Position numbers and translations under genes: made by a program
Notes under the pieces: generated by a model
What the model was told of the DNA's origin: nothing
The model's database searches: none
The model's input: the letters and a program-made list of their open reading frames with translations, nothing else
In this document: piece after piece, positions 7,421-15,903 of the stretch
Layout of the letters: the number at the start of each line of letters is the position of its first letter
Numbering within the stretch: the first letter of the stretch is position 1
From: Thermosulfurimonas dismutans
GTDB taxonomy: Bacteria; Desulfobacterota; Thermodesulfobacteria; Thermodesulfobacteriales; Thermodesulfobacteriaceae
NCBI RefSeq assembly: GCF_001652585.1
Contig: NZ_LWLG01000005.1
Location: forward strand, 65,895 to 97,894
Direction: 5' to 3'
Length of the DNA stretch: 32,000 nt

Positions 7421-10051
7421 TTACCAGTTGACAAGTCCCAGGGCCTTACGCAGGATCACCAGGGCGTCGCCGATGGTGATCCTTCCGTCCGGCTGCGGCG
7501 TGCCGTCCGGCCCGAGCGGGGCCGCGTCCGCATGGCACTTATCCTCCTCGCTCGGGGTCTCAAGCCCCAGGGCGAACCGCAAGGTCACCAAGGCGTCGCC
7601 TATGTTGACCTTCCCATCACGCGCCCCCAGCGGAGCCACATCGCCATCGGGCGTGCACACCGGCACATATAGACTCTTAATCACGGGTAATCTGATAGCC
7701 AAATACTGGTCTACTGGAGAAAAACCGTAATATTCTTGTACAAAATTCGCTTTCATATGAAAAAGAGCATATTTGTTTCTATCATAGCCAGAATAGCAAA
7801 TCACACCTTTCTGTAACTCATCTGTAAAATTAGCTACCTCGATATGAAAATTGGAATCTTCTGGAGGCGGAGGCAAATACCATTCCGCGGGATCACTCAT
7901 TGCCTCCACGGAAATGTAAGGCAAGAAGGGGCGAAAATCAAAACATATCCTTTCTTGCCGGACTAGCATCTCCGGAATCACAGGAAAATTGTTTAATACT
8001 TGATAAAGCATAGATTCAGGAGAAAACTCCCAAGACCTAAGCCACGAAGAATAGATGACCGAGCCGCCGTTGTACTGGCTGAGATGTAGGAGATGCGAAG
8101 TTTCCGGCTCAAAAACTAATAAAAAATCCCTCCCGGCTTCTGAGAGCAGCGGAAGTCCACTTGTGGAATCCTTCACCTGGCGTACGAAGAGTCTGAGAGA
8201 CTTAAGGCTTGTGCTTTTAAACTCTTTAAGACTGAACGGTTGCCCGCTCAACACCCTTAACTTCCCAGTGGGAAAGGCCGAACCATTTATGTAGACTAGT
8301 ACGAAGTACTCGCCTGACCCATTCAGCTTAAATTCTAGATTTTCGGAATCCACTACTTTAAGCTCCGGGGGAGTAAAGATAGGAATGTCCTCCTCGGCCC
8401 ACACCAAAATCTTTTGCCAAAGGTCGTCGTCCGTGACACCAAAAATTTCAGGAAAGACCTCCTCGTGCTTCCGATATGCCAAGGCCTTCCAGTATTCAAC
8501 TATCTTTTCTTGTGGTGTATTTGCCCAAAAAATCGGAAAAACTACACTATTCATTGAAGAGGACATGACATAACACTCAGTGGTTGCTCCTCCACAACTG
8601 TACAAAAGTTCGTTCGATCTTAGATGAATAAAATTTTCCGGAATTTTGCCCGAGGTTATAGCTTCTCTGGCCGTAGCATGCCTGGAATTGCGCGAGTGAC
8701 CATAGTAAGGATTCCGAGAGAAGGTTATCACCAGGCCTTCATGCCGCCACATAGGAATAATCTCATAGTCACTCCCTAGAGCCCGCGAAAGGTTTAACAC
8801 ATGATCAAAAGTGTGAGCAGATTCATGCGTAAATACATCCACAGCAGCTATGTGAGAAGAAAGGCCACCAATAATGTGCCAAAACACCGTTCCTTCTACA
8901 TAAGTAGCAACGGTAACTTCATTGGAACACGCAAAAACATCTTCTTCTGGAATGTTTCCCGAAAGAAAACGACATAAATCTTGGGCAAATTCTATATCCG
9001 CTGAATAGTAATAAACCGTTAGGGCCGGGCCCCAATCTTTTTCAAATCCCCAATAAGCGAAATAGCCCGTGTCTTTGGCCCGCTGAAGATATTTAAGGAG
9101 CCGTTCCGCATAGGGCCTTAGGAAAGCCTTGCTTTTCGGCCAGTAAACCACAAAGTTCTCGCTAAAGAGCTCGTCTACCTCCGTCCCAGTCGGCCCCACT
9201 ACTACCACCGACTCGAAACACTCACTACCGTCCCCTAAGCAGAGCTTCGGATAATATATTCCTGGATTCTCGTAACCGTAGTAGAAATCTGTCACGTCGG
9301 AGTTTGTCCTGTTCAAGATAAAGTCGAAGATTCCGTCGCCTTCCAGATCCAGCTTAAGGGCCGGGCAGGCTCCAAAACACCACACTTTGAAGCGCACCTT
9401 AGCCCCCTGAAGCACCACGCCCGGCTGAGGCTCAAACCTCTTTAAACGGAAGTTACCCTCTCTTACGAATCGCAAATAAGGCCTGGGAACCAAGCCTGTA
9501 TTATCCACCCCTCCATAAGGGTGGTCTTCTCCCCAATCCAGACGCCACAGCCAGCGGTCCTGAGAAACCATCCAGAAACTGTCTTTCGGCCAGACGGGAG
9601 CGTCCGCTATCACAGCCCTGCTGTAACCTTCGGCTTCTTGGAAATTGATCTTTAAATAAAAAAGTTTCTTTTGATTCGTTTTAGGAATAGGAACTCTGAG
9701 CCATCCAGGGCCTTGGGATAGCGCCTCGCCAATTTTCGTTTTCGACGTAATTTCATCGCCATTGACAGAAATCTCGTAGACCAAAAGTTTCGTCCCGGGA
9801 GCGTTCACAAGAAGATCAATAGCTACCGTATCTTCGGGAGCCTCCACGACGATACCAGTGGTATCGCCCCATTCGGCAAGAGCAAAAGACCTTAAAGGAG
9901 GCAAAGAGGTAGTATAAAGTGGATAAAATACTTCTTGAGCGAAACCGGCTTGCCACAAAATAAACATATACAAGATAAACAACAAAATAAAAGTTGCCTT
10001 TTCATGACAAACTTTAAGCAAGGAACGGCAACGGTCAATATCAACTTTCAT
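7421..10051 (-). CDS. Secreted peptidase-MA-like (HExxH) protein with C-terminal dockerin-like module; paralogue of 926..3496
   Basis: The ORF is 876 aa and aligns by eye with the 856-aa protein over its whole length. It has HESAHTFDH..PMWRHEGL and a hydrophobic signal-like segment (FILLFILYMFILWQAGFAQE). The start at 10051 has only a weak, adjacent AGGA, so the exact start is uncertain. Confidence 0.8.
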   Translation of the reverse strand: MKVDIDRCRSLLKVCHEKATFILLFILYMFILWQAGFAQEVFYPLYTTSLPPLRSFALAEWGDTTGIVVEAPEDTVAIDLLVNAPGTKLLVYEISVNGDEITSKTKIGEALSQGPGWLRVPIPKTNQKKLFYLKINFQEAEGYSRAVIADAPVWPKDSFWMVSQDRWLWRLDWGEDHPYGGVDNTGLVPRPYLRFVREGNFRLKRFEPQPGVVLQGAKVRFKVWCFGACPALKLDLEGDGIFDFILNRTNSDVTDFYYGYENPGIYYPKLCLGDGSECFESVVVVGPTGTEVDELFSENFVVYWPKSKAFLRPYAERLLKYLQRAKDTGYFAYWGFEKDWGPALTVYYYSADIEFAQDLCRFLSGNIPEEDVFACSNEVTVATYVEGTVFWHIIGGLSSHIAAVDVFTHESAHTFDHVLNLSRALGSDYEIIPMWRHEGLVITFSRNPYYGHSRNSRHATAREAITSGKIPENFIHLRSNELLYSCGGATTECYVMSSSMNSVVFPIFWANTPQEKIVEYWKALAYRKHEEVFPEIFGVTDDDLWQKILVWAEEDIPIFTPPELKVVDSENLEFKLNGSGEYFVLVYINGSAFPTGKLRVLSGQPFSLKEFKSTSLKSLRLFVRQVKDSTSGLPLLSEAGRDFLLVFEPETSHLLHLSQYNGGSVIYSSWLRSWEFSPESMLYQVLNNFPVIPEMLVRQERICFDFRPFLPYISVEAMSDPAEWYLPPPPEDSNFHIEVANFTDELQKGVICYSGYDRNKYALFHMKANFVQEYYGFSPVDQYLAIRLPVIKSLYVPVCTPDGDVAPLGARDGKVNIGDALVTLRFALGLETPSEEDKCHADAAPLGPDGTPQPDGRITIGDALVILRKALGLVNW
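7424..7657 (-). other. Dockerin-like module (C-terminal, 78 aa)
   Basis: CTPDGDVAPLGARDGKVNIGDALVTLRFALGLETPSEEDKCHADAAPLGPDGTPQPDGRITIGDALVILRKALGLVNW. Confidence 0.75.
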
Positions 10052-10097
10052 CCTACATTACACAGGTCGAAAATACACTCAATGTCTCCTTCAAAAC

Positions 10098-10916
10098 TCA
10101 ATTACATTCCGAAACGATCAAATGAGGCCGACAGCCTACCGAACGTCCGTCGAGATCAAAACAAGAAGAATGTACCTGAAAATCAGAAGCAGAAAGAACG
10201 CTGTCCCCTTCTCCCTTCAATCGAAAGACCATTTTCACCAGAGAAGCGCCGTTGGACGGAAGCCCCGAGGCGTTCATTACGCCCACCTTCACCTTCCGCC
10301 CCAGATCGTTGAATCCCAACATGGTCTGCGGATAATCTCCCGCCAGGCGCACTCCAAATCCAGCGTCAAACTCTACTCTATCCTGGGGATACTCCACACT
10401 CAAATCCACGCCCCCAATGAAGGCCTCACTTTCCACCCCCACTTCCACGGTACACCGGAGCACCTTAGGAGAAACTCCCTCTCGGGCCTCCTCCGCCTCA
10501 AATTCCTCCGCATTGCCTTCTTCCATCGAATTCCCCCTTTCTTCCGGGATAGATGATCGCAAAGAAGACGAAGAGTTCCGCCCTTCTTCTCCAGCCCACC
10601 GGGTTTCGGATGCAGATGCAGAAACACCCCCTTCTGAAACCGCGCCTTTCCCCCAAGAACTTTCCCCTGCGGAGTTTTCCCCCCAGGACCGTTTATTTCC
10701 ATAGGCATCCACATAATAGACCCCACCACGGGATTTCGCGGCCTCTTTCCTTCCGAAACTTTGCCTTGCCATCGCCGGCCCCCCAGCTCTCCTGGAGGAA
10801 AAATCACCGGACGTACTCTGTTTCCCTGAAGCCCCTTCCTCCCCAGCCGGAGGGCCGCCTCCACAGGCTACCAGGATTAACAACAACGCGAGATAAAAAG
10901 GTAATATCTTCTTCAT
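10098..10916 (-). CDS. Lipoprotein with a long low-complexity linker and a C-terminal cohesin-like module
   Basis: The ORF track starts at TTG 10928. I prefer the ATG at 10916 (MKKILPFYLALLLILVAC, lipobox LVAC), which overlaps the upstream stop as ATGA (10913-10916). A ~150-aa G/S/E/R-rich linker follows. The cohesin-like module is at 10101-10463. Confidence 0.8.
   Translation of the reverse strand: MKKILPFYLALLLILVACGGGPPAGEEGASGKQSTSGDFSSRRAGGPAMARQSFGRKEAAKSRGGVYYVDAYGNKRSWGENSAGESSWGKGAVSEGGVSASASETRWAGEEGRNSSSSLRSSIPEERGNSMEEGNAEEFEAEEAREGVSPKVLRCTVEVGVESEAFIGGVDLSVEYPQDRVEFDAGFGVRLAGDYPQTMLGFNDLGRKVKVGVMNASGLPSNGASLVKMVFRLKGEGDSVLSASDFQVHSSCFDLDGRSVGCRPHLIVSECN
10101..10463 (-). other. 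Cohesin-like module (lipoprotein type, Cys-rich C-terminus)
   Basis: VLRCTVEVGVESEAFIGGVDLSVEYPQDRVEFDAGFGV...KVKVGVMNASGLPSNGASLVKMVFRLKGEGD..SCFDLDGRSVGCRPHLIVSECN. This matches the cohesin pattern of an xGGxDFxxxYD-like strand, a G.v.igv...G.....G.l..v.F strand, and a terminal f.dl.G. Confidence 0.6.
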
Positions 10917-13900
10917 TGATACCCCCAACTTACCAATCCTAAAGCCTTACGCAGAATCACCAGGGCATCTCCGATGGTGATCTTTCCGTCGGGATTCGGC
11001 CTTCCGTCCGCGCCAAGCGGAGCCACGTCCGCATGACACCGGTCCTCCTCCGTCGGCGTCTCAAGCCCGAGGGCAAACCGTAGGGTTACCAGGGCATCGC
11101 CAATGTTCACCCACCCGTCACGGTTACCCAGCGGGGCCACATCGCCGTCGGGGGTACAGCTTATCACATTGACCCGACAGGTCCCATTTTCCACCTTTAT
11201 TGGCACCGCCGTGCCGGTCAAATCGTAACCCTGGATCGAAGAGATATTTATCGTCACCTCCCCTGTCACATCCAAACCGGGCTCCAAAGTAACTTTTAAA
11301 ACCTCTCCCTTTCCGGAAAAACCGCTAGCCTTAATCAGCCCCACCCGATAACTACCAAGATTGCTATTGTTGGTCTGCACCGTAGCCCCTTGTGCCAGAC
11401 CTACGGCCGTAACCCCCTTTGCACTTAAACCCGCATCAAAACCCAGGCTTAGATCCAACCCGCCTAGGGTAAGGTTTTTGGTGTCTATCTCGAACACTAT
11501 GTCAAACATCTTCCTCGCATTTACTTCTTTTGAACAAATCATAGTTACTTCTATAGGATTCGTATCCACATAAACCTTGGCTCCTAGTCCACAACCGGAA
11601 AAAGTATTACCTTCGAGATTGGCAAATTCTACCTGTGGAATCTCCAGATCAACCACCGTTTGAGCTACGGATATAGGATTCACCCGGAAAATCAGACGCA
11701 AGATTTCGCCCGAACCCGAAATACCGGTAGCCGAGATAATTCCAATCCTTACCACACTTCCATTGTCGTAGGGAGTAATAAGTCCACCCTGAAGGATTCT
11801 TGCACCTTCTACTCGATCAAAACTCAACACCGCAGGATTATATGTAACGGTAAAACTTATTCCTCCGATGGTAGTCGAAGTTCCATTCAGGATCACAGGA
11901 ACAACTACTTCAGATCCAGGGTGTCCATAAACGTTTTGAAGTATCAGAGTATCCACACCATTTTCACAGGAAGGAGATTGGGGACTAGCATGACAGCTAC
12001 CGTTATACCAGTAACCACCTGCCCTTACGCAATCCGCTTCCGTAGTGCACAGATTCAAGTGTTGAGCATCACAACTCGGTTCTTGATTAGTTGTCGCAAC
12101 CTCAATCACTAAAGGATTTGAAATTGCCGTAGCACCTTTATCATCTTTGGCCACACAACGCGCTTTATAAGTTCCAGCCTTGTCATAGATATGGGTAACT
12201 CTTCCATCATAATCGGTCACATTATTCCCGTCTCCGAACTGAAAGGTATATTCCACTATGCGACCGTCGGGGTCGTGAGCTGTGCAGACAAACTCTACAG
12301 ACAATGGCGCCTCTACAGAAGTCGGATTAGCGCTAAATAAGTCTATCACCGGCGGCTGATTCTGTGTTTGGATAGGCTCAAACCGCGCCGTGCAACTCTT
12401 CGAGTCATCCATCACCAGAGGACATATTCTATCGTTCCCGCATTCCGCACAATCACCTTCCCAGCCGGCAAAACTATATCCCTCATCAGGTATAGCTTTA
12501 AGCGTTACCTTTGTCCCACTATCATAATCTGTATAACACTCCCCTCCACAATCTATCTTCCCGCCTCCACCCTCTACACTAACACTAAGCCGATACCTAT
12601 CTCTCTCAAAGATCACCTCTATTATGTGGTTGTCTTTAACGTCTCTAAACGGGTAACTCGTCATCGCACCCTTCGAGACCCCATCTACCACTACATCCTT
12701 AACATGATACCCCTTGTCAGGCTCTATCGTAAAAATCTGGCTTCCACCACACTCCACAGTTACATTCCCAGAAGGACTTATACTCCCACCAACTCCTGCC
12801 TTGGCCTCTATCGTGTACTCATTTAACCCAAAATTCACCACCACACTACAATTGCCTGTCACCTGTCCCGTCGTAAAAATGTTCCCACTTAATGTCCCAC
12901 CACACGTGCTATCCACTCCCTCCACGTGATAACACGCATCAGGTGTCACCGTAAATCTTGCCACGCCCCCATGCGTAACCTTCTGACTCAATGGCTCTAC
13001 CGTTCCCTTCCCATTTCCTACTCTCGCCGTTACCATATACTTCTTAAGCTCAAACTGCGCCGAGCAACTTTTCGCACCATCCATCACCACAGAACAGGTG
13101 GCGTTGCTACCACATCCCGCACAGTCTCCTCCCCAACCAGTGAAGATTGAATCAATATTCGGAAAAGCAGTAAGCCTTACAGTTATTCCTCTGTCGAAAC
13201 TAGCACTACAAGTACTTCCGCAGTTTATGCCAGAAGGTGAACTTGTTATTGTTCCGGAGCCAGTCCTGCTTACACTCAGGGTATATCTTGTAACTTGGGG
13301 GATTGCTAAAGCTGTGCTTCCACCGGATACATTGCCTGCGTTATCTATTGCACACAGTCTGTAGTAATATGTTCTACCATTTGTTAAACCGGTATGCGTA
13401 TACGATGTTGCTATTGGTGAAGATAGAGTCAATCTTGTTCCCGAAGTGCATCCTGAGCTAGGATAACCGGATGTGCTATAGACCAACTTAAACTCTTTTA
13501 AACCACTTCTACTATCACTTACAGACGACCAACTCAGAGTAACACGAGCATCCCCTCCAGTAGCGGTAAGAGATGGATTTGAAGGTGGGGTCGTGTCTAA
13601 GATTATACAATCATGATACCAGCTAGAAATATTACCTTCAGAATCTCTAAATTTAACATACACACATTTGTTTCCATCTCCACTAGGTAAACTCCACATT
13701 TTCGTATTAGAAAAATTTTTCCAATCATATGGATAACAGGTTGTTTGTGAATTTTTAATACACACTTGTATCTGATCAATAGGTGTATAGTCATCGTAAA
13801 CATTAAGGTTCAACACAACTGAAGTCGATTTTGTATACAGTGCACCATTTTCTATTAAAATACTTCCTGTAGGTGGCTTTGTTACTATCTTAAAAGAGTA

Positions 13901-15616
13901 GCTATTAACCTCCCATCCTTGTTGGTCTATAGTAGTACTATTTTGAGGATAATTTTTATAATGACACCAAAAATCGTCAACACTAGTCATTGTAGATCTT
14001 ACATAAAACTTAAAGTTACCTGGAGATAATTTGGAAGTATCAACAAGTAAAGTCACCGTTTTTGTTGTTCCCGATTTCCATTGTCCTCCAAATTCAATCA
14101 TAGGATACCTAGCAGTCATTGAATTACAACTACTATTGTAAATTGTATCTCCAGGGAGTTTTTTATATACATTTAGTCCTCCACTGTTTTGAATAGAAAT
14201 TGCGGAAAGATCCTTTAGATAAGGAAATGAAATAGTTATAGAGCCATAAATTGCGTCACTACCCTTATTATTCGCATTTATATTAATTTTAACTAAATTT
14301 CCTTTTATTACAGAAGTAGGGTATGTAATATTAGTAATTATTGGCCTTGGAGGATTTCCAAAAATCAAATTTTCAAATTTGTATTCATTTAAAAACTGAA
14401 CTACTTCAGCATCAGATAAATGTAAATCTTCATTACATAGTACTTTAGAACTTTCCCAATAAATTTGAGCTAACACTGAAGGATTTCTTTTTAAAATCTT
14501 AGAAGTTATATAAATATATTCTGGAAAAAGCTTTTCCCGATCCCAAAAAAAAATTCCTCCAATATAACTACCGTTACCATATATTATATCTTTTACACCA
14601 CTCCAATCACAATATGAATTATATGCCAAATTGCAATCATATCTATCAAGAAGAACTAAATATTCATGCATATTTTTGCCAACATTATCGAAAAGACTTG
14701 ACAACGATTTTCTCCACAATCTATACGAAGTATTGTGTAGTTGATTTACCAATTCCCACAAAGAATTATATAAATGTACTAATTTTGCCAAATAAAATGC
14801 CGCGTCTGTTTGACACATAAAGGCCTGAGCATAAGAAATTGCAAATTTCATAAGTATAGGCATATTTTGATTCATAATAGCCGTAGCTGAATTTAAAGCA
14901 TCAACAACATCCCAAGCAGTTGCTAATACGGGACTAAAGACTGCTATAGAATCCGGTAAAATATTGAGATACTGTTTCCAAATTATTTCTCCTGCTACTG
15001 CAGCTACATTTTTAGAAAGATTAGTTAATTTTCTATCTATAATAGTCTTTATTGCTGCAATTTGACTACCTATATCATGATGTATGTAAAGCAACGCATA
15101 AATTATTCTATTTTGAGGACTTTTTTCATTTTTTATAACATAGAATACTTCCCAATAAATTATCTTTTCTTTCGTTATCAATTTACGATACTTATATTCT
15201 ATTGTAATTATTAAATACAACTTCTTAGGCAGATCTACAACAGAAAATGACAAAATTTGTGAAAAATTTATAAAAAATTTATTAGCTTCTGAAGCTGAAT
15301 AAGACAATCTAGGAATTATATCTCTACCGTTTTTATCTTTTATATAAAAGTAAACTGTGCCACTTTCAGGGGGAATTATTTTATAAAATCTTTTTAAAGA
15401 ATTACCGTTATATATAACCAATCCATTAGACTCTACAGGATAAACATAACTACTAATAGATAAAGACGATGGCTCATATAAGTATGATATCAATGTCCAG
15501 GGTTCTATTGGAGATTGTAAAGTTATAGAAAAAGCAGTACTAATTATTACATTCAAAACGAAAAAACTTAAAACAACTATTTTAGAAAAACTACATATCT
15601 TTAAACTTTTTATCAT
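10913..15616 (-). CDS. Giant scaffoldin-like surface protein: unknown N-terminal region, Ig-like/FN3, InlB-B-repeat-like modules, PKD, two cohesin-like modules, C-terminal dockerin-like module
   Basis: The ORF is 1567 aa with a signal-like N-terminus (MIKSLKICSFSKIVVLSFFVLNVIISTAFS). An FN3-like segment contains RVTLSWSSVSDSRSGLKEFKLVYS..YYYRLCAIDNAGNVS. B-repeat-like modules carry the GW(G/E)GDCA(G/E)CG motif. A PKD-like segment reads LSVEFVCTAHDPDGRIVEYTFQFGDGN..HIYDKAGTYKARCVAKDDKG. Cohesin-like modules lie at 11561-11971 and 11159-11560. The dockerin-like module is at 10925-11158. Confidence 0.9.
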   Translation of the reverse strand: MIKSLKICSFSKIVVLSFFVLNVIISTAFSITLQSPIEPWTLISYLYEPSSLSISSYVYPVESNGLVIYNGNSLKRFYKIIPPESGTVYFYIKDKNGRDIIPRLSYSASEANKFFINFSQILSFSVVDLPKKLYLIITIEYKYRKLITKEKIIYWEVFYVIKNEKSPQNRIIYALLYIHHDIGSQIAAIKTIIDRKLTNLSKNVAAVAGEIIWKQYLNILPDSIAVFSPVLATAWDVVDALNSATAIMNQNMPILMKFAISYAQAFMCQTDAAFYLAKLVHLYNSLWELVNQLHNTSYRLWRKSLSSLFDNVGKNMHEYLVLLDRYDCNLAYNSYCDWSGVKDIIYGNGSYIGGIFFWDREKLFPEYIYITSKILKRNPSVLAQIYWESSKVLCNEDLHLSDAEVVQFLNEYKFENLIFGNPPRPIITNITYPTSVIKGNLVKININANNKGSDAIYGSITISFPYLKDLSAISIQNSGGLNVYKKLPGDTIYNSSCNSMTARYPMIEFGGQWKSGTTKTVTLLVDTSKLSPGNFKFYVRSTMTSVDDFWCHYKNYPQNSTTIDQQGWEVNSYSFKIVTKPPTGSILIENGALYTKSTSVVLNLNVYDDYTPIDQIQVCIKNSQTTCYPYDWKNFSNTKMWSLPSGDGNKCVYVKFRDSEGNISSWYHDCIILDTTPPSNPSLTATGGDARVTLSWSSVSDSRSGLKEFKLVYSTSGYPSSGCTSGTRLTLSSPIATSYTHTGLTNGRTYYYRLCAIDNAGNVSGGSTALAIPQVTRYTLSVSRTGSGTITSSPSGINCGSTCSASFDRGITVRLTAFPNIDSIFTGWGGDCAGCGSNATCSVVMDGAKSCSAQFELKKYMVTARVGNGKGTVEPLSQKVTHGGVARFTVTPDACYHVEGVDSTCGGTLSGNIFTTGQVTGNCSVVVNFGLNEYTIEAKAGVGGSISPSGNVTVECGGSQIFTIEPDKGYHVKDVVVDGVSKGAMTSYPFRDVKDNHIIEVIFERDRYRLSVSVEGGGGKIDCGGECYTDYDSGTKVTLKAIPDEGYSFAGWEGDCAECGNDRICPLVMDDSKSCTARFEPIQTQNQPPVIDLFSANPTSVEAPLSVEFVCTAHDPDGRIVEYTFQFGDGNNVTDYDGRVTHIYDKAGTYKARCVAKDDKGATAISNPLVIEVATTNQEPSCDAQHLNLCTTEADCVRAGGYWYNGSCHASPQSPSCENGVDTLILQNVYGHPGSEVVVPVILNGTSTTIGGISFTVTYNPAVLSFDRVEGARILQGGLITPYDNGSVVRIGIISATGISGSGEILRLIFRVNPISVAQTVVDLEIPQVEFANLEGNTFSGCGLGAKVYVDTNPIEVTMICSKEVNARKMFDIVFEIDTKNLTLGGLDLSLGFDAGLSAKGVTAVGLAQGATVQTNNSNLGSYRVGLIKASGFSGKGEVLKVTLEPGLDVTGEVTINISSIQGYDLTGTAVPIKVENGTCRVNVISCTPDGDVAPLGNRDGWVNIGDALVTLRFALGLETPTEEDRCHADVAPLGADGRPNPDGKITIGDALVILRKALGLVSWGYQ
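10925..11158 (-). other. Dockerin-like module (C-terminal, followed by GYQ)
   Basis: CTPDGDVAPLGNRDGWVNIGDALVTLRFALGLETPTEEDRCHADVAPLGADGRPNPDGKITIGDALVILRKALGLVSW. Confidence 0.75.
11159..11560 (-). other. Cohesin-like module 2 of the 1567-aa protein
   Basis: MFDIVFEIDTKNLTLGGLDLSLGFDAGLSAKGVTAVGLAQGATVQTNNSNLGSYRVGLIKASGFSGKGEVLKVTLEPG..INISSIQGYDLTGTAVPIKVENGTCRVNV. It is clearly related to module 1 but divergent from it. Confidence 0.6.
11561..11971 (-). other. Cohesin-like module 1 of the 1567-aa protein
   Basis: VDTLILQNVYGHPGSEVVVPVILNGTSTTIGGISFTVTYNPAVLSFDRVEGARILQGGLITPYDNGSVVRIGIISATGISGSGEILRLIFRVNPISVAQTVVDLEIPQVEFANLEGNTF. This fits the classical cohesin pattern closely (pGdtV.vPV....iGg.dF.l.Ydp.vL....V..G.....G.i.i......gi.g.G.l..i.F.v......f.d..g). 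Confidence 0.7.
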
Positions 15617-15652
15617 ATCTTGCCCCCTCCCCTTAATCGTATCTTGCCCCCC

Positions 15653-15868
15653 CTATTCACACCCTAGCACCGTCAGTCTTGCCCTACACCTAACTGCATG
15701 GCCGTCGAGGTCGAAGTAGGTGGCGGAAGCACCGAAATCGTTTGCGGTAAGGGTGGTTCTGCCTTCGTCTTTCACCACAAAGGCCAGGTGCACCAGCGGA
15801 GAGCCATTAGCGGGATGACCCGGAGCGTTCATAAGTCCTACCTCGCAGTAGAACTTTTGGCCCCCCAA
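15653..15868 (-). pseudogene. 5'-truncated relic of a lipoprotein-type cohesin-like gene
   Basis: The 71-aa ORF (..VGLMNAPGHPANGSPLVHLAFVVKDEGRTTLTANDFGASATYFDLDGHAVRCRARLTVLGCE) aligns with the C-terminal half of the 10098..10916 cohesin-like module (VGVMNASGLPSNGASLVKMVFRLKGEGDSVLSASDFQVHSSCFDLDGRSVGCRPHLIVSECN). The N-terminal half, linker and signal are missing. Its apparent start sits inside a terminator hairpin. Confidence 0.65.
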
Positions 15869-15895
15869 AATAGCGGGGGGCTTTGCGCCCCCCGC
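15867..15895 (-). terminator. Rho-independent terminator downstream of the 923-aa lipoprotein gene
   Basis: On the minus strand: GCGGGGGG (15895-15888), 7-nt loop, CCCCCCGC (15880-15873), then TATTTT. This is a perfect 8-bp GC stem plus a T-tract, 9 nt after the stop codon at 15904. Confidence 0.7.
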
Positions 15896-15903
15896 CGATT
15901 AGA

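Noticed and set aside
10400-10942. Overlapping ORFs 10400..10864 (-), 10417..10704 (+) and 10553..10942 (+)
   Set aside because: All lie within the low-complexity linker-coding region of the 276-aa lipoprotein gene, where every frame is open by composition. Only the lipobox-to-cohesin frame has recognisable features.
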